This document shows positions 36,470 to 46,861 of a DNA stretch of 64,000 nt, in pieces (within the stretch, counting starts at the first letter, position 1; every line of letters starts with the position of its first letter). Source of the stretch: an uncultured Thermoplasmata archaeon. Lineage in GTDB: Archaea; Thermoplasmatota; Thermoplasmata; UBA10834. The stretch is taken from assembly GCA_963719945.1 (NCBI GenBank), contig CAVRDX010000001.1, positions 520,578 to 584,577 on the forward strand, given 5' to 3'. Both the position numbers and the translations under genes were made by a program. The notes under the pieces are model-generated. The model was given only the letters and a program-made list of their open reading frames with translations, was not told the origin of the DNA and searched no databases.

Positions 36470-37261
36470 GTGGAGAAGTTGGAACCCTCTATACCAAACG
36501 GGATCCGGCTCGGCCGATTCAGGATTGGGGACCGGACTTTCGTCGGAATCGTCGATGGAGACGAAGTTATAGAGACAGACAGGACATCCATGGAAGACGT
36601 GGTCAGTCAGGGATTCACGAGGAAAGCTATCAGTCACCAATTCTCGCGAGTCACTGTCCTCGCACCGTTCCCAAGACCATCGAAGATCATCTGCATCGGC
36701 CTCAACTATCGCAGTCATATCGAGGAGATGAACTGGGAGGTCCCAAAGGTGCCGATAATCTTCACCAAGCCGTCCTCCGCTATAATCGGTCCAGGAGACA
36801 ATATTTGCATACCGAAGATGTCTTCAAGGGTCGATTACGAGGGTGAATCCGCCATAATAATCAGCAAGAGGGCTAGACACACCGATGACGGCGGATCCCA
36901 CATTTTCGGTTACACTTGCATGAATGATGTCACCGCCCGAGACCTCCAGAAGATCGACCCTGATTGGACAAGGGCGAAAGGCTTCGACACCTTCGCCCCG
37001 ATGGGCCCGTTCGTTTCAGGTCGATCCCCGAAAAGGATATTGACTAGATTGAACGGAAACGTGGTACAGGACGCGCCTCTATCCGACAGAGTGTTCGGCG
37101 ACGCGGCCTTGGTCGAATACATATCAAAAGTCATGACCCTCGAGCCAGGAGACATCATTGCAACTGGTACACCATCTGGAATCTCCGCCATGAGACCCGG
37201 AGATCTGGTCGAGGTGGACCTTGAAGGCATCGGATGTTTGAAGAACAGGGTAGTCAGTTAG
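36470..37261 (+). CDS. Fumarylacetoacetate hydrolase (FAH) family protein
   Basis: 'KIICIGLNYRSHIEE...DYEGESAIIISK...GYTCMNDVTARDLQ...KGFDTFAPMGP...PGDIIATGTPSG'. Confidence 0.85.
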   Translation: MEKLEPSIPNGIRLGRFRIGDRTFVGIVDGDEVIETDRTSMEDVVSQGFTRKAISHQFSRVTVLAPFPRPSKIICIGLNYRSHIEEMNWEVPKVPIIFTKPSSAIIGPGDNICIPKMSSRVDYEGESAIIISKRARHTDDGGSHIFGYTCMNDVTARDLQKIDPDWTRAKGFDTFAPMGPFVSGRSPKRILTRLNGNVVQDAPLSDRVFGDAALVEYISKVMTLEPGDIIATGTPSGISAMRPGDLVEVDLEGIGCLKNRVVS

Positions 37262-37265
37262 GATA

Positions 37266-38207
37266 ATGAGAGGAGATGAGAACTTGCAGATTCAGCCGAC
37301 CGAGAAGATCTGGAAGAATGGAGAGTTGATATCGTGGAAGGATGCGACAGTTCACGTGCTCACGCATTGCCTGCATTACGGAACTGGAGCCTTCGAGGGA
37401 ATCAGATGTTACAGCACGGACAAAGGACCTGCGATTTTCAGGCTCAAGGACCATATGTCGAGGCTCCACACATCTGCGAAGACAATCAATATCCAGATAC
37501 CACACAGCGTTGAAGAACTCTGCACCGCGGCTAGAGATCTGGTGAAAGTGAACAATCTTGATTCGTGCTACATAAGGCCTATCACATTTTTCGGTGTCTC
37601 CGGCATCGGTGTCAATCCTATAGGCTATCCGATCGAGACATTCATCATCGCGTTCCCTATGGGATCGTATTTGGGAGATGAAGGCATGAAGAAGGGCATC
37701 AGGGTACACACATCGTCATGGCACAGGATGCCGGTCGGTTCGGTCCCAGCAACCGCAAAGGTCTGCGGCGACTACCTGAATAGCGCCCTCGCAGTCATGG
37801 AAGCTAAGCAGAATGGGTTCGACGAAGCTATAATGCTCAACGATCAGCACATGGTCGCAGAGGGTTCTGGTGAGAACATATTCATGGTCAGGAACAATAG
37901 GATACTCACCCCCCCGATCAGCACCGGCATACTACCTGGTATAACGAGAGAATCGGTCATGACGATCGCAGGAGACCTTGGATATCAGGTTGTCGAACAG
38001 AATTTCTCCAGAGGCGAGATGTATCTAGCGGATGAGTTGTTCTTCACTGGCACTGCAGCCGAGGTCACACCGATCAGAGAGGTAGACCGAAGGACCGTTG
38101 CGAGTGGCTCACCTGGACCTATCACCATGGCGCTCCAGGAGAGATTCCTTCAGATTGCCCGAGGCAATGATACCAAGTACTCATCCTGGCTGGACATTGC
38201 AAGATGA
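37266..38207 (+). CDS. ilvE: Branched-chain amino acid aminotransferase
   Basis: 'IWKNGELISWKDATVHVLTHCLHYGTGAFEGIRCY' and 'EGSGENIFMVRNN...GILPGITR'. Confidence 0.88.
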   Translation: MRGDENLQIQPTEKIWKNGELISWKDATVHVLTHCLHYGTGAFEGIRCYSTDKGPAIFRLKDHMSRLHTSAKTINIQIPHSVEELCTAARDLVKVNNLDSCYIRPITFFGVSGIGVNPIGYPIETFIIAFPMGSYLGDEGMKKGIRVHTSSWHRMPVGSVPATAKVCGDYLNSALAVMEAKQNGFDEAIMLNDQHMVAEGSGENIFMVRNNRILTPPISTGILPGITRESVMTIAGDLGYQVVEQNFSRGEMYLADELFFTGTAAEVTPIREVDRRTVASGSPGPITMALQERFLQIARGNDTKYSSWLDIAR

Positions 38208-38285
38208 TCCTCCACCAATAGCAAATAATATATATCGTTGCGGACAATACTTCGTCTGACGATTGTCATACGCGAGATGAGGATC

Positions 38286-38564
38286 ATGTCAAGCATCACG
38301 ATCGAAGAGCTCACAGTCCAGGCTGAGAAGAATGGGCTTACGCTTGCAGATATGATTTCCACCATGATGTCCTCAGAGGACATCGATCGTATCCAAGCGC
38401 AGATCAAGTCTCAGATGTCCGCAAACTATGCGTCGATAGAAGATTTCATGAAAGAAGTTGAGGTACCCAGCATCGATGGCCTCTATGAATTCTCAGAAGA
38501 CGAACTCCAACGAATGCAGCAGGACATCAATCATGCGATGTCAGACGAATCGTCATTCGCCTAA
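38286..38564 (+). CDS. Small acidic hypothetical protein
   Basis: ORF with coding-like composition between ilvE and cheR. No recognisable motif. ATG 38286 chosen. Confidence 0.35.
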   Translation: MSSITIEELTVQAEKNGLTLADMISTMMSSEDIDRIQAQIKSQMSANYASIEDFMKEVEVPSIDGLYEFSEDELQRMQQDINHAMSDESSFA

Positions 38565-38572
38565 TATTCGGT

Positions 38573-39397
38573 CTAGCAGGCTCGGATGAATATCCTATTC
38601 TCAGGATCTATTATCTCGAAGTGGGATCTCATGCGACCCATGAGAGCCTCTGTCCGGCCAAGCATCAAAAATCCCTGAGGCCGAAGGGATTCATGCAAAT
38701 TCTTGATCACTTCGTCGTGAGAAGGCCGAGAGAAGTAGATGAGCACATTCCTACAGATTATCGCATCGAAGAACTTGCTCTTGGGCGCCTCCATAAGATT
38801 CTCCTTCATGAACCGAACTCTCGTTCTCAGAAGGTCGTTGATCTCGTATGACGACTCAGTTTTGATGAAGTAGCGCTTAAGAAGGGATATTGGGATGTTC
38901 TTCACCTGTAGCTCTGAATAGACCCCTTTGCGAGCATATGCTAGGGCGCTAAGAGAGATGTCAGTGCCAGTCACAATCGCAATCATATCATCAGACATAT
39001 TCGCACGCCGCATCTCCTCATTCAGACACATGGCAATCGTATAGGTCTCCTGTCCTGTTGCACATCCAGCACTCCAAATCCGCAATATCCCTCCAGTTTG
39101 CCGTTTCGACCTAAGGAGTGGACGTATGATCTTTTCAGAGACGGCCTCAAATGCCCCCTCATCTCGGAAGAATTCGGTCACATTTATCGATAGAGCACCT
39201 ATCAGCTCGCTGGTCTCCCCATCGTCATGGACGAGCAAATCGATATATGACCCAATATCTGGCATCCCTGACCGGCCCATCCTCTTCCTGATGCTACGCA
39301 TCATGAATGTTGGTGAATAGCCAGATATGTCGATTCCTCGTGATTCAAACAGATGCTCGCGGATGCGGACCAACGCAGCATCATCAGTGAGCGTCAT
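38573..39397 (-). CDS. cheR: Chemotaxis protein methyltransferase
   Basis: 'TEFFRD...LRIWSAGCATGQETYTIAM...FDAIICRNVLIYF'. Confidence 0.9.
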   Translation of the reverse strand: MTLTDDAALVRIREHLFESRGIDISGYSPTFMMRSIRKRMGRSGMPDIGSYIDLLVHDDGETSELIGALSINVTEFFRDEGAFEAVSEKIIRPLLRSKRQTGGILRIWSAGCATGQETYTIAMCLNEEMRRANMSDDMIAIVTGTDISLSALAYARKGVYSELQVKNIPISLLKRYFIKTESSYEINDLLRTRVRFMKENLMEAPKSKFFDAIICRNVLIYFSRPSHDEVIKNLHESLRPQGFLMLGRTEALMGRMRSHFEIIDPENRIFIRAC

Positions 39398-39601
39398 ACC
39401 ATCTGTGGATGTCTATCAGGTTAGATAGTTTCTTCCTTGACCCGTCTGGCCATGACAAATGATTTCACATCATCAGAAATGAGTTTCTGGACGACATACT
39501 TTTATATTGTCCAGGGTGATTTTGACCAAGATGCGGGTGTTCAAAAAGCTTTCGATTGAAGATCCAAGAGAACTTCACCCGAGTGTTGTAAAGGTGATTC
39601 G

Positions 39602-41563
39602 TTGAGATTCCCCCTCACCGCGAAACTAGTGTCTGTAATCCTCATTCTTGTATTGGTGCCAGTGGCAGGCCTCAGCTATCTTGCTCTGGACGGTTTGAAC
39701 AACATCAGGGGGAACGTAGATGTCCTCTACACTGAAAACATGCAGGTCGCCTCATTCATCGCCAATGGATCCACTTCACTCGCAGATGTTGAGAGCATGT
39801 TCATCTTGTACTACGTGAACTATGGTTCTTCCCCGTCAACACAATATAAGACTGACCTACTGGCCCAAGTGCAGGATTTCAACAGTTTCGTCTACACATT
39901 CGAGCAGAGCTATAGTTTCAGCGTCCTGCCGAATATGGCTGAAATAGTGACCAATCAAGGCAGGCAGGATCTGTTGACCGATCAGACTACTGCACTCAAC
40001 ATAATAGATACCAGATGGGCTCAGTATCAGATAGAGCTCAATGCCGTCTTCGACGACCTAGATGATGCAGATTATGTTGCGGCTGCGGCATCCATGGATA
40101 ATGCCACCATCGAGATGGTCGCCATCAACTCCGCAATGAATGACCTCATTGTCACCTGCGTTGGCGGAGCAGCCCTCATGAACATCGTCGCGGAGGACAC
40201 CATACGGGCGAGTGTCTTCTGGACAATCATTGGAGGCACCTCAGTAGCCATCGTAATATCAATCATATCAATGGGCGTCTCGATGACAGTCACGAGACCA
40301 ATAGTCACAGTTTCCAAGGCCGCGATGACAATCTCCGAGGGGAATTTCACCACCAGGCTTGAGATCAATGTCAATGATGATGAGATAGGTGACCTCGTGA
40401 AGTCCATGAATCTTCTCATTGATAATACCTCGAAGCCGCTCCAGAGGCTCATCGAGAGTGCCGAGGCAATCTCAGCGGGCGACTGGACAATCGATATGAA
40501 TGTTGAGGCCAAGGGCGATATCGCAAGGCTCGTAGGCAGCTTTAAGAAGATGAGGACGAACCTCATGACACTCACAGAGCAGATACAGGTCGCATCGAAG
40601 ACCATCCTAGAATCATCGGCAATCCTCGCGGAGACCGCCAAGCACATGACAGATGCAACACAGCAGGTATCATCCTCTGTCACTCAGACATCGAAGGGTG
40701 CCCAGATACAGGCAGCGAAGGTCGACGAGATGGTAAGGATGCTTGGCGAGCAGACGAAGGCAATCTACGATGTGGTCCAGAGCTCCCAGAATGCAGCAAG
40801 GGCGTCCGAGGATGCAAGCGATGTGGCGCAGAACGGTAGCAGATCAGCGGAGGACGCATTGCAGAGGATAAAGAGCCTGCTCACCAGCGTCGAAGAGACC
40901 GCTGAATCCATGAATGCCCTATCCAAGAAATCCAAGGAGATATCAGAGATCGTCATGATAATCACAAACATAGCGCAGCAGACCAACTTATTATCACTGA
41001 ATGCGGCGATAGAAGCTGCCAGAGCGGGAGAGCACGGGCGAGGATTCGCCGTCGTCGCAGACGAAGTTCGAAAGCTCGCTGAGGGCTCCAGAAAAGCCGC
41101 GGGCCAGATTCAGGGCTTGCTCGAATCTGTCGAGCACGATATTGAATCGAGCACACACAAGATGGATCAGACCCGGATGAACGTCTCCGAAGGGACAAGA
41201 ACCATCTCTGACGCACTCAAATCGCTTGAGGATATCGCAGCCACCGTAGAGGAGACAGCCGCTATGGTTCAGGAGATAAGCTCTTCGACGCAAGAGCAAA
41301 AGGCACTAACAGAGAGTCTCGCAAAGAATCTGGATGAGGTTGCAAGCATAGCGAACGAGACTTCATCATCGGTAGAGGAAGTATCCGCTTCAACGGAGGA
41401 AGTCGCTGCAGGGATGGAGGAACTGACTGCCTCTGCTCAGGATCTCTCCGACCTCGCCAATGCATTGAACGATATCACCAAGAGCATATCCACCGTCAAT
41501 CAGGAAATCATGAAACGCGTGCATGAAGAGATTGAAACGCGTGATAAGAGGGAGCGGAATTGA
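39602..41563 (+). CDS. Methyl-accepting chemotaxis protein (two TM segments, periplasmic-type sensor, HAMP)
   Basis: Signalling hairpin '[43 protein letters not shown]'. TTG start with AGGTGA 5 nt upstream. Confidence 0.9.
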   Translation: MRFPLTAKLVSVILILVLVPVAGLSYLALDGLNNIRGNVDVLYTENMQVASFIANGSTSLADVESMFILYYVNYGSSPSTQYKTDLLAQVQDFNSFVYTFEQSYSFSVLPNMAEIVTNQGRQDLLTDQTTALNIIDTRWAQYQIELNAVFDDLDDADYVAAAASMDNATIEMVAINSAMNDLIVTCVGGAALMNIVAEDTIRASVFWTIIGGTSVAIVISIISMGVSMTVTRPIVTVSKAAMTISEGNFTTRLEINVNDDEIGDLVKSMNLLIDNTSKPLQRLIESAEAISAGDWTIDMNVEAKGDIARLVGSFKKMRTNLMTLTEQIQVASKTILESSAILAETAKHMTDATQQVSSSVTQTSKGAQIQAAKVDEMVRMLGEQTKAIYDVVQSSQNAARASEDASDVAQNGSRSAEDALQRIKSLLTSVEETAESMNALSKKSKEISEIVMIITNIAQQTNLLSLNAAIEAARAGEHGRGFAVVADEVRKLAEGSRKAAGQIQGLLESVEHDIESSTHKMDQTRMNVSEGTRTISDALKSLEDIAATVEETAAMVQEISSSTQEQKALTESLAKNLDEVASIANETSSSVEEVSASTEEVAAGMEELTASAQDLSDLANALNDITKSISTVNQEIMKRVHEEIETRDKRERN

Positions 41564-42027
41564 TGGATAAATCTACCCCGAGCCAGCAATACATAGTCTT
41601 TAGGCTTGGGAAGGAAGAGTACGCATTTGACATAGTCAATGTCAAGGAGATAAAGGACATTGATGAGATCGCCAAGGTTCACAGAACCCAGTCTTACATT
41701 GAGGGCGTCATGAACCTCAGAGGAAAGTTGGTGACAATCATCGACCTTAGGAAGAGGTTGGGACTGAAAACGAAATCACTAAACGAAGCATCCAAAATCG
41801 TGGTGATCGAGGCTCCTGACGCACCCGTAGGATTTCTCGTTGATGAAGTATCTGAGGTCTTGAGACTGTCTGAATCAGATGTCGAGGCACCCCCATCGTA
41901 CATCGCAAATTCGCTTGAGGCAGAATACGTCCGTGGCATCGCCAAACTGGGCGAAAGGCTGATAACAATTGTCGACCCAGTCAAGATATTAGAGTTATCA
42001 CCGAATGAAACCCCTGGAGGAGGATGA
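41563..42027 (+). CDS. cheW: Chemotaxis coupling protein
   Basis: 'QYIVFRLGKEEYAFDIVNVKEI...GVMNLRGKLVTIIDLRKRLGL'. The ATG overlaps the mcp stop (TGATG). Confidence 0.9.
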   Translation: MDKSTPSQQYIVFRLGKEEYAFDIVNVKEIKDIDEIAKVHRTQSYIEGVMNLRGKLVTIIDLRKRLGLKTKSLNEASKIVVIEAPDAPVGFLVDEVSEVLRLSESDVEAPPSYIANSLEAEYVRGIAKLGERLITIVDPVKILELSPNETPGGG

Positions 42028-42031
42028 GGAG

Positions 42032-42397
42032 ATGGCAAAAGTTCTCGTGGTAGACGATTCAGAATTCATGCGTAGAGTGCTTAAGAACATCCTTGAGAAC
42101 GGTGGACACACGGTAAGAGAAGCAAGGAACGCAAATGAGGCTCTTGAGCTCTTCAAGAAGTTCGGCTCCGATGTCATCACAATGGATATCGTGATGCCAG
42201 AGACTGATGGCATCGAGACCGTCAAGAGACTAAAAGAAGCCGATGATAAAGTGAAGATCATCATGGTTTCCGCTCTGGGCCACCAGAAGACGGTCATGAG
42301 AGCATTGGAAGCCGGTGCCCTTGATTTCATAATGAAACCATTCACAGCAGATGATGTTCTCGAATCCGTGAACGCGGTTCTCCAAATGGGCATATGA
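42032..42397 (+). CDS. cheY: Chemotaxis response regulator
   Basis: 'KVLVVDDSEFMRR...ITMDIVMPETDGIE...IIMVSALG...GALDFIMKPF'. Confidence 0.9.
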   Translation: MAKVLVVDDSEFMRRVLKNILENGGHTVREARNANEALELFKKFGSDVITMDIVMPETDGIETVKRLKEADDKVKIIMVSALGHQKTVMRALEAGALDFIMKPFTADDVLESVNAVLQMGI

Positions 42398-42407
42398 GAG
42401 GTGTCTG

Positions 42408-43466
42408 ATGCCAGACTCGGTCAAGATCCTCGTCGTCGATGACAGCGCATATATGCGAGTAGTTCTACGCGACATGTTGGAATCTGAGGAAGGATTGACC
42501 GTATTAGATACAGCAAAGGATGGTATCGATGCGCTCGAGAAGCTGGAGAGCCTACGACCAGACATCGTACTCCTCGACATACAGATGCCTCGGATGGACG
42601 GACTCACTACCCTCCAAATGATAATGAAGAACAGGCCCACGAGGGTGGTCATGCTGAGCGCGATGGACAAGATAGATGGTCAGCTACCATTGAGAGCATT
42701 ATCGTTGGGAGCAATCGATTTCATTCCCAAGCCAAGCGGAACCATATCAATAGACATAATCAACTACAAGGCCAGGATAGCAAACCATCTCAGGAGCATA
42801 GCAGGGGCGAAGCTAGAAGCTCTTCAGAGAAAGACCGCGACTGTCCGTTTACTCTCGAGTGAATCAGAGAAGACGCCAGACATACATGCCAAGACCAAAG
42901 CAATCGTATTTGCCGCATCGACGGGAGGTCCACGGGCCCTGGAGACGGTGTTCTCCATCCTGCCAAAGAATCTTCCAGCATCGATGTTCATAGTTCAGCA
43001 TATTCCTTCCGAATTCTCGACACTATTCGCCAAGAGGCTCGATGCATTGCTAGGCCCGTCGGTGGAGCTCGCATCAGATCGAGCGTTCGTTGAAACCAAT
43101 AAGACATATCTAGCGCCTGGCGGCAGACATCTCATCCTCGAGCCGAAGGAGCGCAAGGGTATCATGATGAAGTTGGATGACGGCCCGCCAGTACAGTTCG
43201 TCCGTCCATCTGCGAATATCCTATTCGAGAGCGCAGCACGATGCTATGGGCAGAAACTCATGGGAATAGTCCTTACGGGGATGGGGTCAGATGGTGCAAG
43301 AGGAGCGGGCATCATCAAGAGATACGGTGGCAGCGTCATCGTCCAGAACGAGGAATCTTCAGTGATGTTCGGCATGGCCAAAGCAACCATAGGAGCGGGT
43401 GCTGTAGACGAAGTGTTGCCACTGGAGGCAATTCCAAGCAGGATCATAGATTTCATCGAGGAGTGA
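42408..43466 (+). CDS. cheB: Chemotaxis methylesterase/glutaminase (REC + CheB catalytic domain)
   Basis: REC 'ILVVDDSAYMR...DIQMPRMDG'; catalytic 'AASTGGPRAL...VQHIPSEF...GMGSDGARG'. Confidence 0.9.
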   Translation: MPDSVKILVVDDSAYMRVVLRDMLESEEGLTVLDTAKDGIDALEKLESLRPDIVLLDIQMPRMDGLTTLQMIMKNRPTRVVMLSAMDKIDGQLPLRALSLGAIDFIPKPSGTISIDIINYKARIANHLRSIAGAKLEALQRKTATVRLLSSESEKTPDIHAKTKAIVFAASTGGPRALETVFSILPKNLPASMFIVQHIPSEFSTLFAKRLDALLGPSVELASDRAFVETNKTYLAPGGRHLILEPKERKGIMMKLDDGPPVQFVRPSANILFESAARCYGQKLMGIVLTGMGSDGARGAGIIKRYGGSVIVQNEESSVMFGMAKATIGAGAVDEVLPLEAIPSRIIDFIEE

Positions 43467-45391
43467 TACGACTGACAAAGGAGTTCGATCTCAACAAGTA
43501 CTCGAAGCTCTTCGTGAGCGAATCCAGAGAGTACCTCCGTTCACTTAATGAGGCGATGATAGCGCTCGAATCGAACGGGGAAGACAAAGAGCTTATCGAT
43601 CAGATGTTCAGGGCATGCCATACGCTCAAAGGCATGGCAAGCATGATGAATCTCAATCCTATCACTGAGACAGCGCACGCGCTCGAAGATGTTCTCGCTT
43701 CCATCAGGGACGGAAAGATGTCAGTGAATGAAACGGTTATCGAGGGCATATTCAAGGGCATCGACGGACTAGAATCCATGGTCTCCGAGGTCGAACGTAC
43801 CCTTGATGTCAGCCAGAACCCAGAGCTAGTCGCCAGACTCAGGACACTAACCACTAAACCCCAGGAAACGAAGAAGGCTCCGAAAAAGAAGGCATCTGCC
43901 ATCGAAATGAAGGTGTCCTCAAAAGGAAATGTAATCAACATAAAGCTTGCGCGCAGATGCGCCTTGCCCTCTGCCAGGGCAATAGTGATTATGAAAGAAC
44001 TCGAGAAGGGCGGATCGATCCTGAGCATGACCCCGTCCGAGGACGATATCGAGAACGAGCGACCCTTCGATGAGCTAGTCATTGAAGTGGACCCTCTGGA
44101 GAACTATGCGGATGTCCTTTCGAGAATAGCAAATATGACGGATGTTGAGCAGCTCCTCGAAGGAGAGGCTGGCACCCCGAAGAACCAGATGAAGCGAGTG
44201 TCCAGGCTGGAGAAGAAAACCATGGATGGTCAGGAGATTCCGCTCGTGCAGACAGTGAAAGTGGGGATGGACAAACTGGACGATCTCCTCGACGATGTCG
44301 GCGAACTTGTAATCGGCAGAAGCAGACTGGTCGAGAAAGCAACATCGAGCGAAGATTACGAACTCCAGGAGATATCATCACTGATTGATAATCTCACTTC
44401 AGAGATCCAGGCGAAGGTGCTGGGCATACGCATGATACCCCTTGAGTATGTCATGAGCCGATTCCCTAGGATGGTCCGAGATCTGGCCAAAAGCCAAGAA
44501 AAGGAGGTCGAGTTCGTCGTCGATGGAGGGAATATCGAGCTCGACAGGACTGTCGTCGATAGGATATCAGAGCCCATAGTCCACATAATCAGAAACGCAA
44601 TCGATCACGGTATAGAGATGCCCGATGACAGAGATAAGATCGGCAAGAATCGCAAGGGGCTAATCAGAGTGGTCGCATCCAAGCAGCAGGACCATGTATT
44701 GATCGAGATAACGGATGACGGACGAGGCTTGGATTTCGATCGAATACGACGGAGTGCTGTGACAAAAGGATTCATGTCCAAGGAGAGGGCAGATGCCGCA
44801 CTCGGGCGAGAACTGATAGAGCTCATGTTCCTCCCAGGATTCACCACGAAAACCGAAGTATCAGAAACATCAGGAAGAGGTGTTGGTCTCGATGTCGTCA
44901 AGAGAGGTGTCGAGGACCTTGGAGGCTCCGTGATGATGTCCACCTCGAAAGGGGCTGGTACAACCATCTCTCTCTGGCTACCATTCACCCTGGCGATCAT
45001 CGACGCAATGATGACATCGATCAATGAGCAGATATATGCTGCTCCCATGAGTTCGGTAATCGAATCCCACTCTTTCGAAGCATCTGAGATAAGGCTAATA
45101 CGCAACAGAGAGGTCGTCCAGCTGAGGGGCGAGGTGCTCCCTCTTATCGACATGTATAATTTCTTCAATTTGGAGCTTTCACCCAAGAAGGAGAGCATCA
45201 ACACCCTGATCGTTCAGAGCCGTGAGAGACGCGCGGCCATCAGGGTCGACGAGCTCATCGGGCATCAGCAGATAGTCGTAAAATCATTGGATAGACGCCT
45301 AAGGAATACCAGAGGCATATCTGGTGGAACGATATTGGGCAGCGGCAAGATAGCGCTCATACTGGATGTAGATTCAATCCTCGGAGACTGA
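43463..45391 (+). CDS. cheA: Chemotaxis histidine kinase
   Basis: HPt 'FRACHTLKGMASMM', ATPase 'IRNAIDHGIE...TDDGRGLD...SGRGVGLDVV', and a CheW-like C-terminal domain. A GTG start overlaps the cheB stop (GTGA). The ORF-track start at 43241 lies inside cheB. Confidence 0.9.
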   Translation: MIRLTKEFDLNKYSKLFVSESREYLRSLNEAMIALESNGEDKELIDQMFRACHTLKGMASMMNLNPITETAHALEDVLASIRDGKMSVNETVIEGIFKGIDGLESMVSEVERTLDVSQNPELVARLRTLTTKPQETKKAPKKKASAIEMKVSSKGNVINIKLARRCALPSARAIVIMKELEKGGSILSMTPSEDDIENERPFDELVIEVDPLENYADVLSRIANMTDVEQLLEGEAGTPKNQMKRVSRLEKKTMDGQEIPLVQTVKVGMDKLDDLLDDVGELVIGRSRLVEKATSSEDYELQEISSLIDNLTSEIQAKVLGIRMIPLEYVMSRFPRMVRDLAKSQEKEVEFVVDGGNIELDRTVVDRISEPIVHIIRNAIDHGIEMPDDRDKIGKNRKGLIRVVASKQQDHVLIEITDDGRGLDFDRIRRSAVTKGFMSKERADAALGRELIELMFLPGFTTKTEVSETSGRGVGLDVVKRGVEDLGGSVMMSTSKGAGTTISLWLPFTLAIIDAMMTSINEQIYAAPMSSVIESHSFEASEIRLIRNREVVQLRGEVLPLIDMYNFFNLELSPKKESINTLIVQSRERRAAIRVDELIGHQQIVVKSLDRRLRNTRGISGGTILGSGKIALILDVDSILGD

Positions 45392-45396
45392 TTGAG

Positions 45397-46008
45397 ATGA
45401 AGGAGATAGACGAGAGCAAGGTATTGGAGATCGTGCGAGAATTTGCCAACGTTGGCGCGGGAAACGCAGCCACTGCACTCGCCGCTCTTCTGGATATCGA
45501 AGTCGTGAATGAGGTGACATCATGCAATTTCTTGAAATTCTCTGAGGTTGGTGAATGGCTCGGTGGCTCGGATAAGGTCGTCGTCGGTGTTTATACGCAG
45601 CTATGTGGTGACCTTCGGGGTGGAGTATTGGTGGTGCTTTCAGACAAATCAGCTGCAATCCTCATGAAGCACCTGACCAACGAGGAGATCAATCTATCCG
45701 ATCTATCGCCGATGCACGCATCCGCTCTCAGGGAGATAGGCAACATATGCCTCTGTTGGTACCTTGTCGCAGTCTCCAAGATGATAGACACTGACCTCAT
45801 ACCAGCACCGCCAGATGTATCCGTTGACATGCTGGGCGCCATCATCGACCTCCCGCTCGCCAACCTTGACATCGATGTGGATTCTGTCATAGCGGTACAC
45901 ACGATATTCAAGAGCTTCGAGAAGGAGTTCGACGGATACTTCCTACTCCTTCCTGAGCAGCAGATGCTGGATACGATACTGGAGAAGATGGGAGATACGA
46001 TGAGATGA
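45397..46008 (+). CDS. cheC: CheY-P phosphatase
   Basis: Duplicated 'E-x2-N' motifs: 'REFANVGAGNAATAL' and 'LREIGNI'. Confidence 0.8.
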   Translation: MKEIDESKVLEIVREFANVGAGNAATALAALLDIEVVNEVTSCNFLKFSEVGEWLGGSDKVVVGVYTQLCGDLRGGVLVVLSDKSAAILMKHLTNEEINLSDLSPMHASALREIGNICLCWYLVAVSKMIDTDLIPAPPDVSVDMLGAIIDLPLANLDIDVDSVIAVHTIFKSFEKEFDGYFLLLPEQQMLDTILEKMGDTMR

Positions 46009-46481
46009 GAGAACCGATCCTCGTGGGCATATCGCAATCTGCCGTTGCCAAGGCACCGGAGCTGATATGCTGCATGGGGCTCGGGTCTTGCGTTGCTGTG
46101 TTCTTGTATGACCCTCAAATCAAACTTGGCGGAGTAGTCCATATCCTACTTCCGAGAGCGCCATTGAGGGTTGAGAACGAAGGCAAATACGCTGACACGG
46201 GAGTCAAGAAACTCTTCAGGGACATGATTGCCAAAGGCGCCAAGAAAGACCGAATCAGGGCCAAACTCGTCGGGGGCGCTCAGATGTTCGCAAATCTGAA
46301 CGTTCAAATCAGCGACATCGGAGGAGATAACTGCCGCGAGGTCAAGAGGGTACTCAGAGAACTTGGAATCAAGATAATCGCAGAGGACCTTCAGGGGAAC
46401 AGAGGCAGGTCTGCCACTTTCGACCTATTCGATGGACATGTCCTGATCAAGACTGCTTTTGCAGATGCCAGAACAATCTAA
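46005..46481 (+). CDS. cheD: Chemoreceptor glutamine deamidase
   Basis: 'GLGSCVAVFLYDPQIKLGGVVHILLP...KLVGGAQMF'. 4-nt overlap with cheC. Confidence 0.85.
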   Translation: MREPILVGISQSAVAKAPELICCMGLGSCVAVFLYDPQIKLGGVVHILLPRAPLRVENEGKYADTGVKKLFRDMIAKGAKKDRIRAKLVGGAQMFANLNVQISDIGGDNCREVKRVLRELGIKIIAEDLQGNRGRSATFDLFDGHVLIKTAFADARTI

Positions 46482-46539
46482 ACATCATATAAAGTATCAC
46501 GGGAAAGGCTTTTGTAGATGGATCGTCTTGATTACATCT

Positions 46540-46861
46540 GCCAGGAGAAGGCGGATGGCTGACGGTAGACTCGTTCTCAGAACGAGTCGGCTGAGGAAAG
46601 TCCCCTCTCCAAGAGAAGGTGGGCTGCCAGAGCAGCAGGGCGAGAGTCCTGGCAAGGGCACAGAAACGGCACAGCCTTGGGATAATGTGATGATTCCTTT
46701 GAGGATGAAGTCTCCCGAGGATTTGTTGAAACGGCGACACCCCACCGGAGCAAGCTCAAACGGCCGAATCGATTCTCATCGTCGGCGGGTAGAGTGCATT
46801 AGTCGAATGCCATCAACCTCGAAAGAGGCGAACAGAAAGGGGCTTATGTCCTTCACCTGGC
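46540..46861 (+). ncRNA. rnpB: RNase P RNA (archaeal type A)
   Basis: P1 GCCAGGAGAAGG / CCTTCACCTGGC closes the molecule. P3 is a perfect hairpin GACTCGTTC-TCA-GAACGAGTC. Conserved regions: CR-I 'GAGGAAAGTCCCC', 'CACCCCACCGGAGCAAGCTCAAAC', and CR-V 'ACAGAAAGGGGCTTA', whose GGGG can pair with the CR-I CCCC to form P4. Confidence 0.8.

Noticed and set aside
43241-43462. 74-aa N-terminal extension of the cheA ORF
   Set aside because: It lies wholly inside the cheB catalytic domain in another frame. The HPt domain begins right after the GTG at 43463, which overlaps the cheB stop.
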